Assembly (NCBI GenBank): GCA_038745945.1
Contig: JBCDLA010000002.1
Location: 871-64,870 of the forward strand
Length of the DNA: 64,000 nt
Source of the DNA: Cyanobacteria bacterium P01_H01_bin.74
GTDB lineage: Bacteria; Cyanobacteriota; Vampirovibrionia; Vampirovibrionales; Vampirovibrionaceae
Direction of reading: 5' to 3'
The notes under the pieces: model-generated
Seen by the model: the letters and a program-made list of their open reading frames with translations, nothing else
Told to the model about the DNA's origin: nothing
The model's database searches: none
Made by a program: the position numbers and the translations under genes
Part shown: in pieces, positions 9,620 to 19,716 of the stretch
Numbering within the stretch: the first letter of the stretch is position 1
Layout: each line of letters starts with the position of its first letter

Positions 9620-10489
9620 TCAGCAATTATTGAGTAGTATATTTTGAAACACCCTGCTTTTTACGCAGTACTTTGGTAACAAATCTGCCTGAACCTCACG
9701 AATTTCATTAATTCTCGGCTGTGGCAATATGTTTACAGCCCTGTTAAATTGTTTCGACAACAGGTTTCTCATAGCGGCATTGAGTTTTTTTGTGGACAAT
9801 GACAACCCTTTGGGATGGTTTTGATAGAAATTTAAAAACAAAGCCCCATGATAGAGAATACCCCCCTTTCTTCTTAGCTGAGAACAACCCATCTGTTTAT
9901 TGCCTGCCTGATCAACAATGTCTGCAATTGCTTGGGTGTCAAAGCATCGAAAAGCATTATTTAAGGCGTTTAAATTTTTTTGGTTCTTTTTACTTTCAAT
10001 AACAGACTGCACCTGTAATTCAGCAGAGCCAATCGCAGCATTAATTGCATCAACAATAAAAGAGGAAAGCAAGCAATACGTCTCTTTAACGGACGTATTG
10101 ACCAGTGCTGAACAGTTTGTAATTACAGCAATAGAAATATCATTCCCATGAAGAACAGCTTGGCCACCTGTAGGACGCGAGATAATGCGGCGGGGTGATA
10201 TATTACTTGTATTGTTGATATGACAACTTAGCAAACTACTGGCGGATGGATCGGCCTTTTTGTTGCCTGTCATAAAACGAAAAACCGATTGCCTGCTTTG
10301 GTTCACACCTATTGACAAAGTGGGTTCTTGCCAGGTGTACACACGATATAAAAACATTGGCTCGCATTGCGCTCTAACCCAGTTGAGACAGGCTTCATCG
10401 AAACTCATTGCCAGTATGCCGTTACTGTCAGCAATAGGCAAGGCATAGAGCTTAATCTGTTTATAATCAGGGCAATTTCTCTGCAGCAT
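9620..10489 (-). CDS. lipoate-protein ligase / octanoyltransferase family (BPL/LPL catalytic domain) protein
   Basis: RPTGGQAVLHGNDISIAV and KQMGCSQLRRKGGILYHGALFL match the BirA/LplA/LipB catalytic-domain motifs (RRxTGGGAV-H ... K-aGsAQ-r--g-iLhHGtl). Confidence 0.6.
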   Translation of the reverse strand: MLQRNCPDYKQIKLYALPIADSNGILAMSFDEACLNWVRAQCEPMFLYRVYTWQEPTLSIGVNQSRQSVFRFMTGNKKADPSASSLLSCHINNTSNISPRRIISRPTGGQAVLHGNDISIAVITNCSALVNTSVKETYCLLSSFIVDAINAAIGSAELQVQSVIESKKNQKNLNALNNAFRCFDTQAIADIVDQAGNKQMGCSQLRRKGGILYHGALFLNFYQNHPKGLSLSTKKLNAAMRNLLSKQFNRAVNILPQPRINEIREVQADLLPKYCVKSRVFQNILLNNC

Positions 10490-10657
10490 TATGAATATAT
10501 TATCTGGAAGCTTTTTAATCTGAGTTTCATTTTATTGAAATCAAAATTAACGGACAGCTCTAGAATACAGCTATGTTTCTGATACAATCACGACATATTT
10601 TTTAACAGCCTGCTGCTCATGCTTATTTGCAATCATGAAAATAAGGATTGGATTGAG

Positions 10658-11311
10658 ATGGAACTTTATATTGACTCCGCTGATCTTACTGAAATTGAAG
10701 AAGCCAGTAAACTGGGTGTTATTTCTGGGGTAACAACAAATCCATCATTATTGGCTAAAAAAGGCCATGGAAATGTTCAGTCAGTTATTCAGAAAATTTG
10801 TTCCCTGATCCCAGAGGGCCCTGTCAGCATGGAATGTCTTGGGACAACAGCAGAAGAAATGATTGAAGAAGGTAAACAATTTGCAACATGGGCACCCAAT
10901 GTCTATGTGAAGGTTCCATTTTGCATAGAAGGGATAAAAGCTGTTAAGTGGTTTTCTGCCAATGCAATAAAAACCAATGTAACCCTGGTTTTTTCAGTTA
11001 ACCAGGCCTTGCTTGCAGCCAATGCAGGAGCAACCTTCATCAGTGCATTTGTGGGCCGCCTAGATGATATTGGTCAAGACGGCATTGCGGTTGTCAAAGA
11101 CATTGTGGATTTCATTGATTGCCATGGTTTTAGCAGTCAGGTATTGGCAGCAAGTATTCGCCATCCGCTTCATGTTGCACAAGCGGCAGCAGTAAGTGCT
11201 CATATTGCAACAGTACCTTATAAAATTATCCAGCAGCTGTATCACCACCCGTTAACTGTGTCAGGAATACAGCAATTTAACTCAGATTGGCAAACATTCA
11301 CAAAACAATAA
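10658..11311 (+). CDS. transaldolase / fructose-6-phosphate aldolase family (short Tal/Fsa type)
   Basis: MELYIDSADLTEIEEA...GVTTNPSLL matches the N-terminus of short transaldolases/Fsa. An aagga RBS lies 11 nt upstream of this internal ATG. The ORF-track start at 10619 is probably an artefactual extension. Confidence 0.8.
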   Translation: MELYIDSADLTEIEEASKLGVISGVTTNPSLLAKKGHGNVQSVIQKICSLIPEGPVSMECLGTTAEEMIEEGKQFATWAPNVYVKVPFCIEGIKAVKWFSANAIKTNVTLVFSVNQALLAANAGATFISAFVGRLDDIGQDGIAVVKDIVDFIDCHGFSSQVLAASIRHPLHVAQAAAVSAHIATVPYKIIQQLYHHPLTVSGIQQFNSDWQTFTKQ

Positions 11312-11349
11312 TTATTAAATTAGCGTATTGAAGGAGGTGTTTAATAGTA

Positions 11350-11523
11350 ATGGCTGAAGTTGAAGTTGAATCAGGTGAAAATATTGAAACCGCTTTAAAA
11401 CGCTTCAAGAAAAAAGTGCAGAAAGCAGGCCTCCTTCCAGAATTAAAACGCCGAGAATATTATGTAAAACCCAGCGTCAAAAGAAAGCGAAAAAGAGAAG
11501 CGGCGCGAAAGCGAAAACGTTAA
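11350..11523 (+). CDS. rpsU: 30S ribosomal protein S21
   Basis: 57-aa ORF missed by the 60-aa ORF track: MAEVEVESGENIETALKRFKKKVQKAGLLPELKRREYYVKPSVKRKRKREAARKRKR, a textbook S21 sequence. Standalone, followed by a terminator. Confidence 0.85.
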   Translation: MAEVEVESGENIETALKRFKKKVQKAGLLPELKRREYYVKPSVKRKRKREAARKRKR

Positions 11524-11573
11524 CATCAAACAGAACAGTAAAAAGCTTATTTTTTACTGTATTTGTTATTCAA

Positions 11574-11616
11574 CAAAACCCCTCATTTTGTATAAAACAA
11601 AAAGAGGGGTTTTTTC
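11574..11616. terminator. rho-independent terminator hairpin between convergent rpsU and rpsI
   Basis: aaaaccCCTC-attttgtataaaacaaaaa-GAGGggtttttt: GC stem followed by a T-run on + and preceded by an A-run, so it is potentially bidirectional. Confidence 0.5.
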
Positions 11617-11630
11617 AATTAGGGTATACT

Positions 11631-12041
11631 TTAGCGCTTTGAAAACTGGAAGCGTTTTCGGGCTTTTTTTCGCCCGTATTTTTTGCTTTCTTTTACGCGA
11701 GAATCTCGGGTCAGAAAGCCTTCTTTACGCATAATGGCTTCATATTCAACATTTAGTGCAGACAATGCCCTGGCTAGCCCCATTCTCGCTGCAATGGCCT
11801 GACCAACAATACCACCACCATGGACACGAATTAAAACCGTAAAGCGTTCTTCAACACCCGCGGCCACCAAAGGTTGTTTTGGAATAATATGAAGAATATT
11901 GTAATTCCCCATGTAAGATTCTAATGAGCGGCCATTGACAATGACATCTCCTTTGCCTGGAATAAGCCGAATCTGTGCAATAGCTTCTTTATGACGACCA
12001 GTACCTCTTGTACCAACTTGAGGATAAGCGGTTGCTGTCAT
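11631..12041 (-). CDS. rpsI: 30S ribosomal protein S9
   Basis: Classic S9 sequence ending ...KKARKRFQFSKR. Gene start overlaps the rplM stop (ATGA). Confidence 0.9.
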   Translation of the reverse strand: MTATAYPQVGTRGTGRHKEAIAQIRLIPGKGDVIVNGRSLESYMGNYNILHIIPKQPLVAAGVEERFTVLIRVHGGGIVGQAIAARMGLARALSALNVEYEAIMRKEGFLTRDSRVKESKKYGRKKARKRFQFSKR

Positions 12042-12487
12042 TATTGTGCTCCCCCCTTCTGTATATCATAAACTAGTGGTTTTTGAGCTTGATGAGTATG
12101 TTCAGGGCCAGCAAATACTTTGAGTTTTAATAATTGCTGATGTCCCAATGAGGTTTTTGGCAACATCCCTTTTACAGCTATTTCAATAATTTTTTCTGGC
12201 TTTTTTTGATGCATTTCATTGAATGTCAGTGTTCTTAAACCACCGGGGTATCCAGAGTGCCTGCGGTAAAGTTTTTGAACGGGCTTTTTCCCAGTAACTT
12301 GAATTTCAGAAGCATTTACAACAATCACCATTGCACCACAATTGACATGCGGCGTGTACTGTGGATTAAGTTTACCTCGAAGCAGGTTGGCTATAACTGT
12401 AGAAAGACGACCCAAGGTCTGGCCTTTAGCATCGATAAGCCAACAGGTTTGCTCAAGCTCAGATTGCTTGGCAGAATAGGTTTTCAT
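12041..12487 (-). CDS. rplM: 50S ribosomal protein L13
   Basis: MKTYSAKQSELEQTCWLIDAKGQTLGRLST... is a typical L13 N-terminus. The ORF-track start at 12538 adds 17 spurious residues. ATG at 12485-12487. Confidence 0.9.
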   Translation of the reverse strand: MKTYSAKQSELEQTCWLIDAKGQTLGRLSTVIANLLRGKLNPQYTPHVNCGAMVIVVNASEIQVTGKKPVQKLYRRHSGYPGGLRTLTFNEMHQKKPEKIIEIAVKGMLPKTSLGHQQLLKLKVFAGPEHTHQAQKPLVYDIQKGGAQ

Positions 12488-13017
12488 AATAATGAACAAA
12501 CTCCATTGGTTTTTTGGATAGAAAAGAATAATGAGCAATTAAATTATAAGAAAGTATTTTTCACAATTCTAACGAATAACTTAAGCAAAACATAGAATGC
12601 AGACAAGTGCTGAATTCTAGAGCAGGTTCTACTTGAATAAGATACAAAGGCAATTGCCCAATAATTACTGGCACACCTCATTTATTTTGTATCTGTTTGC
12701 AATAATTTTATAACAGCCTTGCTGACTAGAGTTTTTAACACTAATTAAATGCATAAGCGGATTAAACGGGCTAATACCCCTTTTTCTGATTACGGCTGCA
12801 TTCTTGTGTATATTGTAAGCCAGTTTCTAAATTCTTTGGGTAAAGCACGCCATTTACAAATGTTTTCTCTAATAGATAAAATGGCATTAATTAAAATAAG
12901 GTTTTAACAGTTCATACTGCTCTTCAGTTGTACTTTTTATAATAAAAGTCTAACAAAAAAATTATAGTGTTAACAGACCCTGGAACAGCAATATAAAAAA
13001 TATAAACTCATTGTTCT

Positions 13018-13063
13018 GTTTTTATACAGAACATAAATCTATTTTTATACAGAACATAAATCT
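13018..13063. repeat. perfect 23-bp tandem direct repeat (tttttatacagaacataaatcta x2)
   Basis: Seen directly in the sequence. Intergenic, downstream of the small minus-strand ORF 13123..13398. Confidence 0.7.
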
Positions 13064-13122
13064 ATAAAAATAAAGCGACTAATAAATCAGCTTTTAGCCC
13101 CACTAAAGTTGAAAAAAAACCG

Positions 13123-13398
13123 TTATTTCATTTTTTGAACAGCCACCAGGCTGGCTTTTGCTTTAAACTTGGCCAATCGAATCATTGACTCATTCCCGAT
13201 GCCTTCGCCGACCCATGCCGTTATTAGGCTGATAACACACATTAGCGTTAATGCGGCAAACAGGACTGTTTCACTCATTGCGCAAGGCCATTGCTTTATT
13301 GTGACTAAAAGTCGACTCAGGTAACTGCCCAATATAATACCCTCAGGAAAACCCATTATTTTAAAGAAAACGCAATACTCAATAGTAGAAAGGATCAA
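13123..13398 (-). CDS. hypothetical small membrane protein
   Basis: 91-aa ORF with one or two hydrophobic segments (VLFAALTLMCVISLITAWV). No recognisable motif. Confidence 0.3.
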   Translation of the reverse strand: MILSTIEYCVFFKIMGFPEGIILGSYLSRLLVTIKQWPCAMSETVLFAALTLMCVISLITAWVGEGIGNESMIRLAKFKAKASLVAVQKMK

Positions 13399-13580
13399 TC
13401 AACAAATTGACTTGAACAGCAGTCAGACCATGAAATTCCTTGTAGACAAGCAATAAAACTGCAAATTGCGGCAGTCTGCAGGCGTTGATTTCATCCAGGA
13501 AATTGGTATTTCCACTTTAGAATACAGTCTTCTTAAAGTATTATACGGTTACTCAGAATGAAACTGGATACACCGGACAA

Positions 13581-14558
13581 ATGAATTTTCCTGTAAACCG
13601 AAAACGTCGCCTTAGAAAAACCAAAGCCCTGCGGAATTTAATTGCTGAAACCCGCGTTCATCCCGCTCAGTTGGTCCTGCCCATTTTTGTCCACGACAAT
13701 TACAACGACCAAATTACCATTGATGCCATGCCTGGTGTCTATCAGTATAGCATTGAAAAAACCCTGGCTGTTGCTGATAAAGCCCTAAAAGCTGGAATTC
13801 AGTCGGTTTTATTGTTTGGGGTACCCAGTGAAAAAGATCAACGGGGCAGCACGGCCTGGTTTGAAGGCGGGGTTGTCCAGCAAGCCACCCGAAAACTTAA
13901 AACCCGTTTTGGCACTGATTTGACGGTCATCACTGACACCTGCTTGTGTGAGTATACCAGTCACGGGCATTGCGGGGTTTACCTGGATGGTCAGGTGTTA
14001 AACGATCCTACACTGGAGCTGCTCGCAAAAGTCGCGGTGTCTCAGGCACAATCCGGGGCAGATATTATTGCCCCATCTGATATGATGGACGGGCGTATTG
14101 GTTATATTCGTGATGTCCTGGATGATGAAGGCTACGATGACAAAGCCATCATGGCCTATTCTGCAAAATATGCCAGTGGGTACTACGGGCCGTTTCGAGA
14201 TGCCGCAAAGTCGACGCCCATTGCAGGTGACCGAAAAACATACCAGATGGATGCCCGAAATGGCCGGGAAGCACTGGCTGAGATCAAGCTTGATATCTAT
14301 GAAGGGGCTGATATCATTATGGTCAAGCCGGCAATGGCTTACCTGGATATCGTTTACCAGGCAAAGCAGGCATGTGACTTACCGATTGCTGCCTATCAGG
14401 TGTCTGGCCAGTACAGCATGATTAAAGCAGCCGCAGAAAAAGGCTGGGTTGATGAAAAAGCGGTGGTTCTTGAAGACTTAACAGCCATGGCGCGGGCTGG
14501 GGCTGATATTCTGATTACTTATTTTGCACAAGATGCTGCAGGCTGGCTCAACGAGTGA
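13581..14558 (+). CDS. hemB: porphobilinogen synthase (delta-aminolevulinic acid dehydratase)
   Basis: RRLRKTKALRNLIAETRVHPAQLVLPIFV N-terminus. Active-site region ...IMVKPAMAYLDIV... Length 325 aa. Confidence 0.9.
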   Translation: MNFPVNRKRRLRKTKALRNLIAETRVHPAQLVLPIFVHDNYNDQITIDAMPGVYQYSIEKTLAVADKALKAGIQSVLLFGVPSEKDQRGSTAWFEGGVVQQATRKLKTRFGTDLTVITDTCLCEYTSHGHCGVYLDGQVLNDPTLELLAKVAVSQAQSGADIIAPSDMMDGRIGYIRDVLDDEGYDDKAIMAYSAKYASGYYGPFRDAAKSTPIAGDRKTYQMDARNGREALAEIKLDIYEGADIIMVKPAMAYLDIVYQAKQACDLPIAAYQVSGQYSMIKAAAEKGWVDEKAVVLEDLTAMARAGADILITYFAQDAAGWLNE

Positions 14559-14672
14559 TAATGTCTCTACACAGTCGACCTCGGCCTAAGCAAAGTTTAT
14601 TGTGTACATAAAAGTGAATACTGTTTAAAAAACCTGATTGAAATGGGACATAGGCATTAATAGTACTTCTGC

Positions 14673-16046
14673 TTAGAGCTTCTGTTTGACCGTTTGTTGT
14701 TTGTCGTAGCCAGTCATTTCCACATAGGCCTGCCCTGTCACCTGCTTTGCACCCATTTTTCCCGCAACAGCGGCACTGCCCTCCCAATAAGATACCTGGG
14801 TCGTTCCTGAGGTTTTAAGTTCCTGATTCTCAAAGCTGGGGGTGACACTCACATCAATATCATGCTCAGGCACACGGATTGTCCAACCCATGGGGTACGT
14901 ACCCCCACTGGACGGGCTTGTCCATATTTTGCCGGATGGGGTGACCGTAAACTCATCCAGAGCCAGGTGTTGGCTGTGGCCATCCTCCCAAACCAAGGTT
15001 CCACTGGAATTGGGATCAACACTGCCGTCTGCGTGGCGCAACAGGTAAAGCATCAGCTCTGTGTTGTTGTTGAACTGAATGCTAAACCAGTCCCAACCGG
15101 TCTGCTTGGCAGACAGTTGGCTGCTGCCGAATTCATGATCCATCCAGGACAGGCCACTTACAGGGGAAAGCTGATTATTGATGAGCAGGGTGCCCGTCGT
15201 ATTGAGCCGTGTCAACGAGTAATAATGCGAAGCACAGCCCACACAATCCGCCTTTTGGCTCACACCTGCCCCTGGTTTGCCGTGAATCACCGGGGGCTTT
15301 TCTGAGGATAAGAGCAGGTGAATCCGATTTTTGCCGTCTGGGGTCTGGGCTTCAAGTGTCATGGTATTGTTTTTGGCATCCAACAATTCTGCCTGCCACA
15401 ACCCATTCCAAACATGGTAGTGGCTTGTGCGTGCACCTGCAATATTGACGCCTTGCCGGTTTAATGTTTCTGCATAGTAAAAGGTTTTTTCCGTTTCATC
15501 ACTGATTGCAAAATGTGTGGCGTAAACCGCATTCAATTGCCAGGCCATCGACGCTTGGGAAGGAAAAATTTGATTTAATGTGTTTTGTAAGGCATTGGAT
15601 TTTGAGACGGGCTTCTGGCCAATCCTGAAAAACGTCAGTTCGTAGCCATAGTTTTTTTGATCCGGGGTTTTCAAATGGCCAGTATAGTACCACCATTCGG
15701 TTTTAAATTGCGGGTGTGCAGCATGATCAGCTGGAAATTGATATTGATAACCTGGCAATGCCAGCTGGAAAGGAGTATCAGCCTCAGCATTGGCTTCGGT
15801 ATTGGCTGATGTCTGGGTTTTGGCAGGCTCTTTTCTCGGAGAAGCAGCTGCTTTCTCTGATGCATTGTTTTTTAGAGGGCCATGATTGCCCAATGCATTT
15901 GATACAGATGTATCGGTTGACGGGGTGTCTATTGAAATCAGCAGAAAACTGGTAATGCCCAGGCAAATCAGCAGCATCATCACTGAAGGCAGTGAAATTC
16001 GACCTTTTTCCGCCAAAACCTTAAACGTTGTGTATGCCATTTGCAT
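14673..16046 (-). CDS. AttH-like lipocalin/CrtC-fold protein (membrane-anchored, predicted secreted hydrolase-like)
   Basis: N-terminal TM anchor, then S/T/A-rich linker, then an AttH/CrtC-like domain (HPQFKTEWWYYTGHL...YELTFFRIG). Last gene of an operon with an FtsX permease and an ABC ATPase, matching the attFGH arrangement. Confidence 0.6.
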   Translation of the reverse strand: MQMAYTTFKVLAEKGRISLPSVMMLLICLGITSFLLISIDTPSTDTSVSNALGNHGPLKNNASEKAAASPRKEPAKTQTSANTEANAEADTPFQLALPGYQYQFPADHAAHPQFKTEWWYYTGHLKTPDQKNYGYELTFFRIGQKPVSKSNALQNTLNQIFPSQASMAWQLNAVYATHFAISDETEKTFYYAETLNRQGVNIAGARTSHYHVWNGLWQAELLDAKNNTMTLEAQTPDGKNRIHLLLSSEKPPVIHGKPGAGVSQKADCVGCASHYYSLTRLNTTGTLLINNQLSPVSGLSWMDHEFGSSQLSAKQTGWDWFSIQFNNNTELMLYLLRHADGSVDPNSSGTLVWEDGHSQHLALDEFTVTPSGKIWTSPSSGGTYPMGWTIRVPEHDIDVSVTPSFENQELKTSGTTQVSYWEGSAAVAGKMGAKQVTGQAYVEMTGYDKQQTVKQKL

Positions 16047-16050
16047 TGTC

Positions 16051-18777
16051 TTACTCCGATTTAATCACTTCCGGGGCCAGGGTTTTTGCCGCAAGCCGGG
16101 CAGGAATCAATCCTGAAACCAGGGCAGTCACTAAAACCAGTCCGGTCGCCTGCACCAAAAACATCACGGGCAAATCAAATCCAATGGTCCAGCCAAACGA
16201 TTGTTTATTAATCACTTTAATTAACAACTGCGACAACACCAGCCCCACCGTCAAACCCGAGACATTGCCCAATATCCCCAGCATGGCCGCAATGGAAAGC
16301 ACAATGGCCTGAATTTGTTTGGCACTTGCACCCAGGTACTTTAAAATGCCGAACTCGCGCTTTGCTTCCAGAACCAGGGCAAACAAGGCATTCATAATCG
16401 TCAGTAATGCCACAACAATGGCAATGGCATGCAGGGCGTATGTAATGGCAAAGGTTTTGTCAAAAATTCGCAGCACTTCAGTACGCAATTCTTTGTTACT
16501 GCGAATGTGAAGCAGGGCGCTTTGGTTAATCTGGTCTAAAATCCGGTTTCGCACGGCATCTGCCGTTTCATCGTTGGTTACGTAAACGGCCAGGTTGTTA
16601 ATGCGCTCATCGTTATAAAATTGGGTATACCAGAACCGGGGCATGACAATATACCCCAGATCGCTGGAATAATCGGTGTAAACCCCTTCAATGACAAAGC
16701 TTTTTTGCCCGGCCGGGGTCTGCAATACAATGGTATCGCCTTGAGTCTTGTTAAACTTGGTTGAAAAAGATTCGGTCACGGTTACTGCCGGATGGGTTTT
16801 CATTCTGGCCAGAATGGCTTTCGGAGACTCACCGCTTAAAAACTTCAGGTTGCCATAGGCTGCCAACACATCAAAGCTGCCCACCCCCAGATTGGTGGGT
16901 TGCCCGTCAAGTGTTAACGGAAACTCAAAAAACGGATCAACCGCTGCTACCCCTTTGACATTTTCAATGGCTTTAACGGTTTCCAAGCGCATGCGCCCGG
17001 TTTGCTTGCTGCCAAATTTTGAAGCCGGCTCAATCCACAGATCCGCCTTCAGGGTTTGCTCAATCCAGCTGTTTACTGTTTGCCTGAAACTGCTGATCAT
17101 AATGGCCAAACTGACCATCATGGCAATGCCCACCATTAAACTGGCCACGGCCACTGCGGTTCGCGCAAGCGACCCACGCAGCATCAGGCCCGCTTGATAG
17201 ACTTCCGTGCCCAGCCACTTTTTTAAACCTGGCAGCACCCAGTGGCTTAAACGTTGAATCATTTCAGGCAAGAGTAAGGCGGCACCAAAAATAACCAGCA
17301 CAGCTGCCAAAAATCCAAAAACAGGTAAGCCGTCAACCGCGGGCTGTGCCGCAAAAAATCCGCCCAAAACCAGTAGTAAAACCCCCAAGACTGCCAACAA
17401 AACCGTCTGGCTACTGAATTTTGATTCATACGAAAACCGCCGTGTTGCCTCAGCGGGAGACACACTGGCTGACTCATAAAGCGGCACGATGGCTCCTAAT
17501 ACTGTCATAATACACCCAAAGGCAACGGATTGAACAATGAGCCACGGGTTGATTGAAAAATGTGTCAGCAATTGCCCGGTATACAGGTTGGCCACCGTGG
17601 TTGCCACAGCTTCTGATGAAAACCGCGACAGGACAATGCCAAAGACAATGCCCAGCAAAGTACCCAAAAGGCCAAGCCCAAAAGCTTCCAGCAGAAACAG
17701 ATTAAACACCTGCACCTTGCTTAATCCAATAGCCCGCAATGTGCCTATTTCAGGGCGGCGGCGAATAATTGAAATCGACATCGTGTTGTAAATCAGAAAA
17801 ACCCCAACCAGCAGGGCAATAAAGCTCAGTGTGGTTAAATTGTACTGATACGAGCGCAGCATCTTATCCAGCTGGGCGCTACGCTGCTCAGGACGAACAG
17901 CCTCTGCCGCAATACCGGGCAGTTTATTCAGCGATTGCTGGAGTTTTTCTTTGACCCACGGCACATCATCAGGTGGAATTCGCAGATCAATCCGGTTAAG
18001 CTGACCAGGCATTGCAAAAACTTTTTGGGCCGCCCCAATATCCATCAGAACCAGATTTCCATCGTAAGCGCTGCCCAGACCGGTTGAAGACAGAATGCCA
18101 GATACTGTAAAGGCTTTAACCGTGTCATTAATCAGCAAGGAAAAAACATTGCCAACCCTTAAATTGTACGTTGCTGCTAGGCCCTCCCCAATAAAGACCG
18201 CCCCGTCTTTTAATAGGGCCGCCGGATCGTCTGATTGTTCAAGAACAATCATCCCTGAATTGTTTTGTGGGTTCTGTGAAAACAGATCCACCCCCAGAAC
18301 CTGAATGACCTCAGTCAATGCGGGCACCGTTTTGGCAAGCTGTAGCTTGTTCTGTTTGTGATTTTCGAGCGTTTTTTCTGGATTTTGATGCGGATACCAA
18401 AGTGCCGTTTGCTCAATAATAGGCAGAATGAGTGTTGAGGCCTGATAATGTCTGGTTTTTCCGGACTGGTTTTCAGCGTTGTTGACTGTATCCACAGGCA
18501 ACCGCCACAACCACCGTAGATGCGACAAGAGTGACTCTGGCAACGTGTCTCGTTGGTAGGGCTGAATGCTCAGCGTGCTTGTCCCGCCCACTTTTTCAAT
18601 GCTGTTTTTAAAATTTGAAAAGGCCATATCATTGGCCAGATTAATGGCAAGCAGAATGGCCACACCCAATGCCACCCCAAGAACGGTCAAGCTGGTCCTC
18701 AGTTTATTGTGCCACAACGCGCGAACCACAATTTTTCTGAACCCGGCTTTAAGCGGCAAAAAATAATGTTTAACCAA
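16051..18777 (-). CDS. ABC transporter permease, FtsX family with two FtsX domains (MacB/YbbP-like)
   Basis: 908 aa. Two blocks of 4 TM helices, each preceded by a large periplasmic loop. Conserved FtsX-type segments (IALLVGVFLIYNTM..., LHAIAIVVALLTIMNALF...). Confidence 0.75.
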   Translation of the reverse strand: MVKHYFLPLKAGFRKIVVRALWHNKLRTSLTVLGVALGVAILLAINLANDMAFSNFKNSIEKVGGTSTLSIQPYQRDTLPESLLSHLRWLWRLPVDTVNNAENQSGKTRHYQASTLILPIIEQTALWYPHQNPEKTLENHKQNKLQLAKTVPALTEVIQVLGVDLFSQNPQNNSGMIVLEQSDDPAALLKDGAVFIGEGLAATYNLRVGNVFSLLINDTVKAFTVSGILSSTGLGSAYDGNLVLMDIGAAQKVFAMPGQLNRIDLRIPPDDVPWVKEKLQQSLNKLPGIAAEAVRPEQRSAQLDKMLRSYQYNLTTLSFIALLVGVFLIYNTMSISIIRRRPEIGTLRAIGLSKVQVFNLFLLEAFGLGLLGTLLGIVFGIVLSRFSSEAVATTVANLYTGQLLTHFSINPWLIVQSVAFGCIMTVLGAIVPLYESASVSPAEATRRFSYESKFSSQTVLLAVLGVLLLVLGGFFAAQPAVDGLPVFGFLAAVLVIFGAALLLPEMIQRLSHWVLPGLKKWLGTEVYQAGLMLRGSLARTAVAVASLMVGIAMMVSLAIMISSFRQTVNSWIEQTLKADLWIEPASKFGSKQTGRMRLETVKAIENVKGVAAVDPFFEFPLTLDGQPTNLGVGSFDVLAAYGNLKFLSGESPKAILARMKTHPAVTVTESFSTKFNKTQGDTIVLQTPAGQKSFVIEGVYTDYSSDLGYIVMPRFWYTQFYNDERINNLAVYVTNDETADAVRNRILDQINQSALLHIRSNKELRTEVLRIFDKTFAITYALHAIAIVVALLTIMNALFALVLEAKREFGILKYLGASAKQIQAIVLSIAAMLGILGNVSGLTVGLVLSQLLIKVINKQSFGWTIGFDLPVMFLVQATGLVLVTALVSGLIPARLAAKTLAPEVIKSE

Positions 18778-18879
18778 ATCGACTGTCCTAAAAAAAATTT
18801 TTGACTCTTACGGGAAATAATGCAAAAACTGATGCGGCAAAATTATTTTGACTCAGCGTGTTTTATTACTGCGTGCAAC

Positions 18880-19572
18880 TTATGCCGCAAGAATTTGCCC
18901 GTCTTTCATACGGACAGTTCGGTTGGCAACCGCAGCAGCCTCATTGCTGTGGGTGGCCATAATGATTGTTTGTCCGTTTTGCTGGGTCAGTATTTTGAGC
19001 AGATCCAAAATACGCTCACCATTTTCAGAATCCAGATTGCCGGTGGGCTCATCGGCCAAAATAATTTGGGGCTGATGAATCAGTGCCCGGGCAATGGCAA
19101 TCCGTTGCATTTCTCCGCCTGAAAGCGCTGATGGGTAGGCGTGTTTGCGGTGTGTCATACCCACTTGCTCAATTAAGGCTTCAATCCGCTCACGCTGCGC
19201 TTTGACTGAATCTGTTAACGCACCCGATGATAGCTCCAACGGTAAAGCCACATTTTCATAAGCGGTTAAAGTGGCCATCAGGTTGAAAAACTGAAACACA
19301 AACCCCAATCGGGTTCGCCGAAGCTGGGTTAAGGCCCTGTCATCTTTTTCACCCAATGAGTCATTAAACAGCATGACCTTGCCGCTGCTGGGCCGGTCAA
19401 TGGCCCCCAGTATATTCAGCAACGTGCTTTTTCCGCAGCCGCTGGGACCCATCAATGCAATAAATTCTCCGGTTTCAATGGTTAAGTTGACCCCCTGAAG
19501 CACATTGATTTCAGATTGTGCATAGGATTTGGTCAGATCTTGTGTTTCAACCGCGATCGAAGCGTTGCTCAA
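18880..19572 (-). CDS. ABC transporter ATP-binding protein (LolD/MacB-type)
   Basis: Walker A GPSGCGKST, signature LSGGEMQRIAIARAL, Walker B ILADEPTGNLD, H-loop ATHS. Confidence 0.85.
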   Translation of the reverse strand: MSNASIAVETQDLTKSYAQSEINVLQGVNLTIETGEFIALMGPSGCGKSTLLNILGAIDRPSSGKVMLFNDSLGEKDDRALTQLRRTRLGFVFQFFNLMATLTAYENVALPLELSSGALTDSVKAQRERIEALIEQVGMTHRKHAYPSALSGGEMQRIAIARALIHQPQIILADEPTGNLDSENGERILDLLKILTQQNGQTIIMATHSNEAAAVANRTVRMKDGQILAA

Positions 19573-19687
19573 GAGGGTGCTTTCTCGTTACTACTTTTTT
19601 AATTTTTAATTTTTATAATCTTTTAATTGATTGTCTGTGTTTATTTAAACCAAATTTCTTTAAACCAGCATTTTATTTTTTATTAAA

Positions 19688-19716
19688 GTCAGCTTGCCTC
19701 AATGGCTGACTTTTTT
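19688..19716 (+). terminator. orphan terminator-like hairpin in ORF-free region
   Basis: GTCAGC-ttgcctcaatg-GCTGAC followed by TTTTTT on the + strand. No + strand protein gene lies upstream. Confidence 0.3.

Noticed and set aside
12488-12538. N-terminal extensions in ORF-track calls (rplM 12538, transaldolase 10619, tatA 60485, second ADH 2556)
   Set aside because: Conserved protein N-termini and RBS positions indicate downstream internal starts for rplM, tal and tatA. The upstream residues have no family similarity. The ADH case is left open.
19518-19709. 63-aa ORF in the AT-rich gap after the ABC ATPase gene
   Set aside because: Its low-complexity F/L/N-rich translation is typical of AT-rich non-coding DNA. 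It overlaps the ABC gene start and the terminator hairpin.
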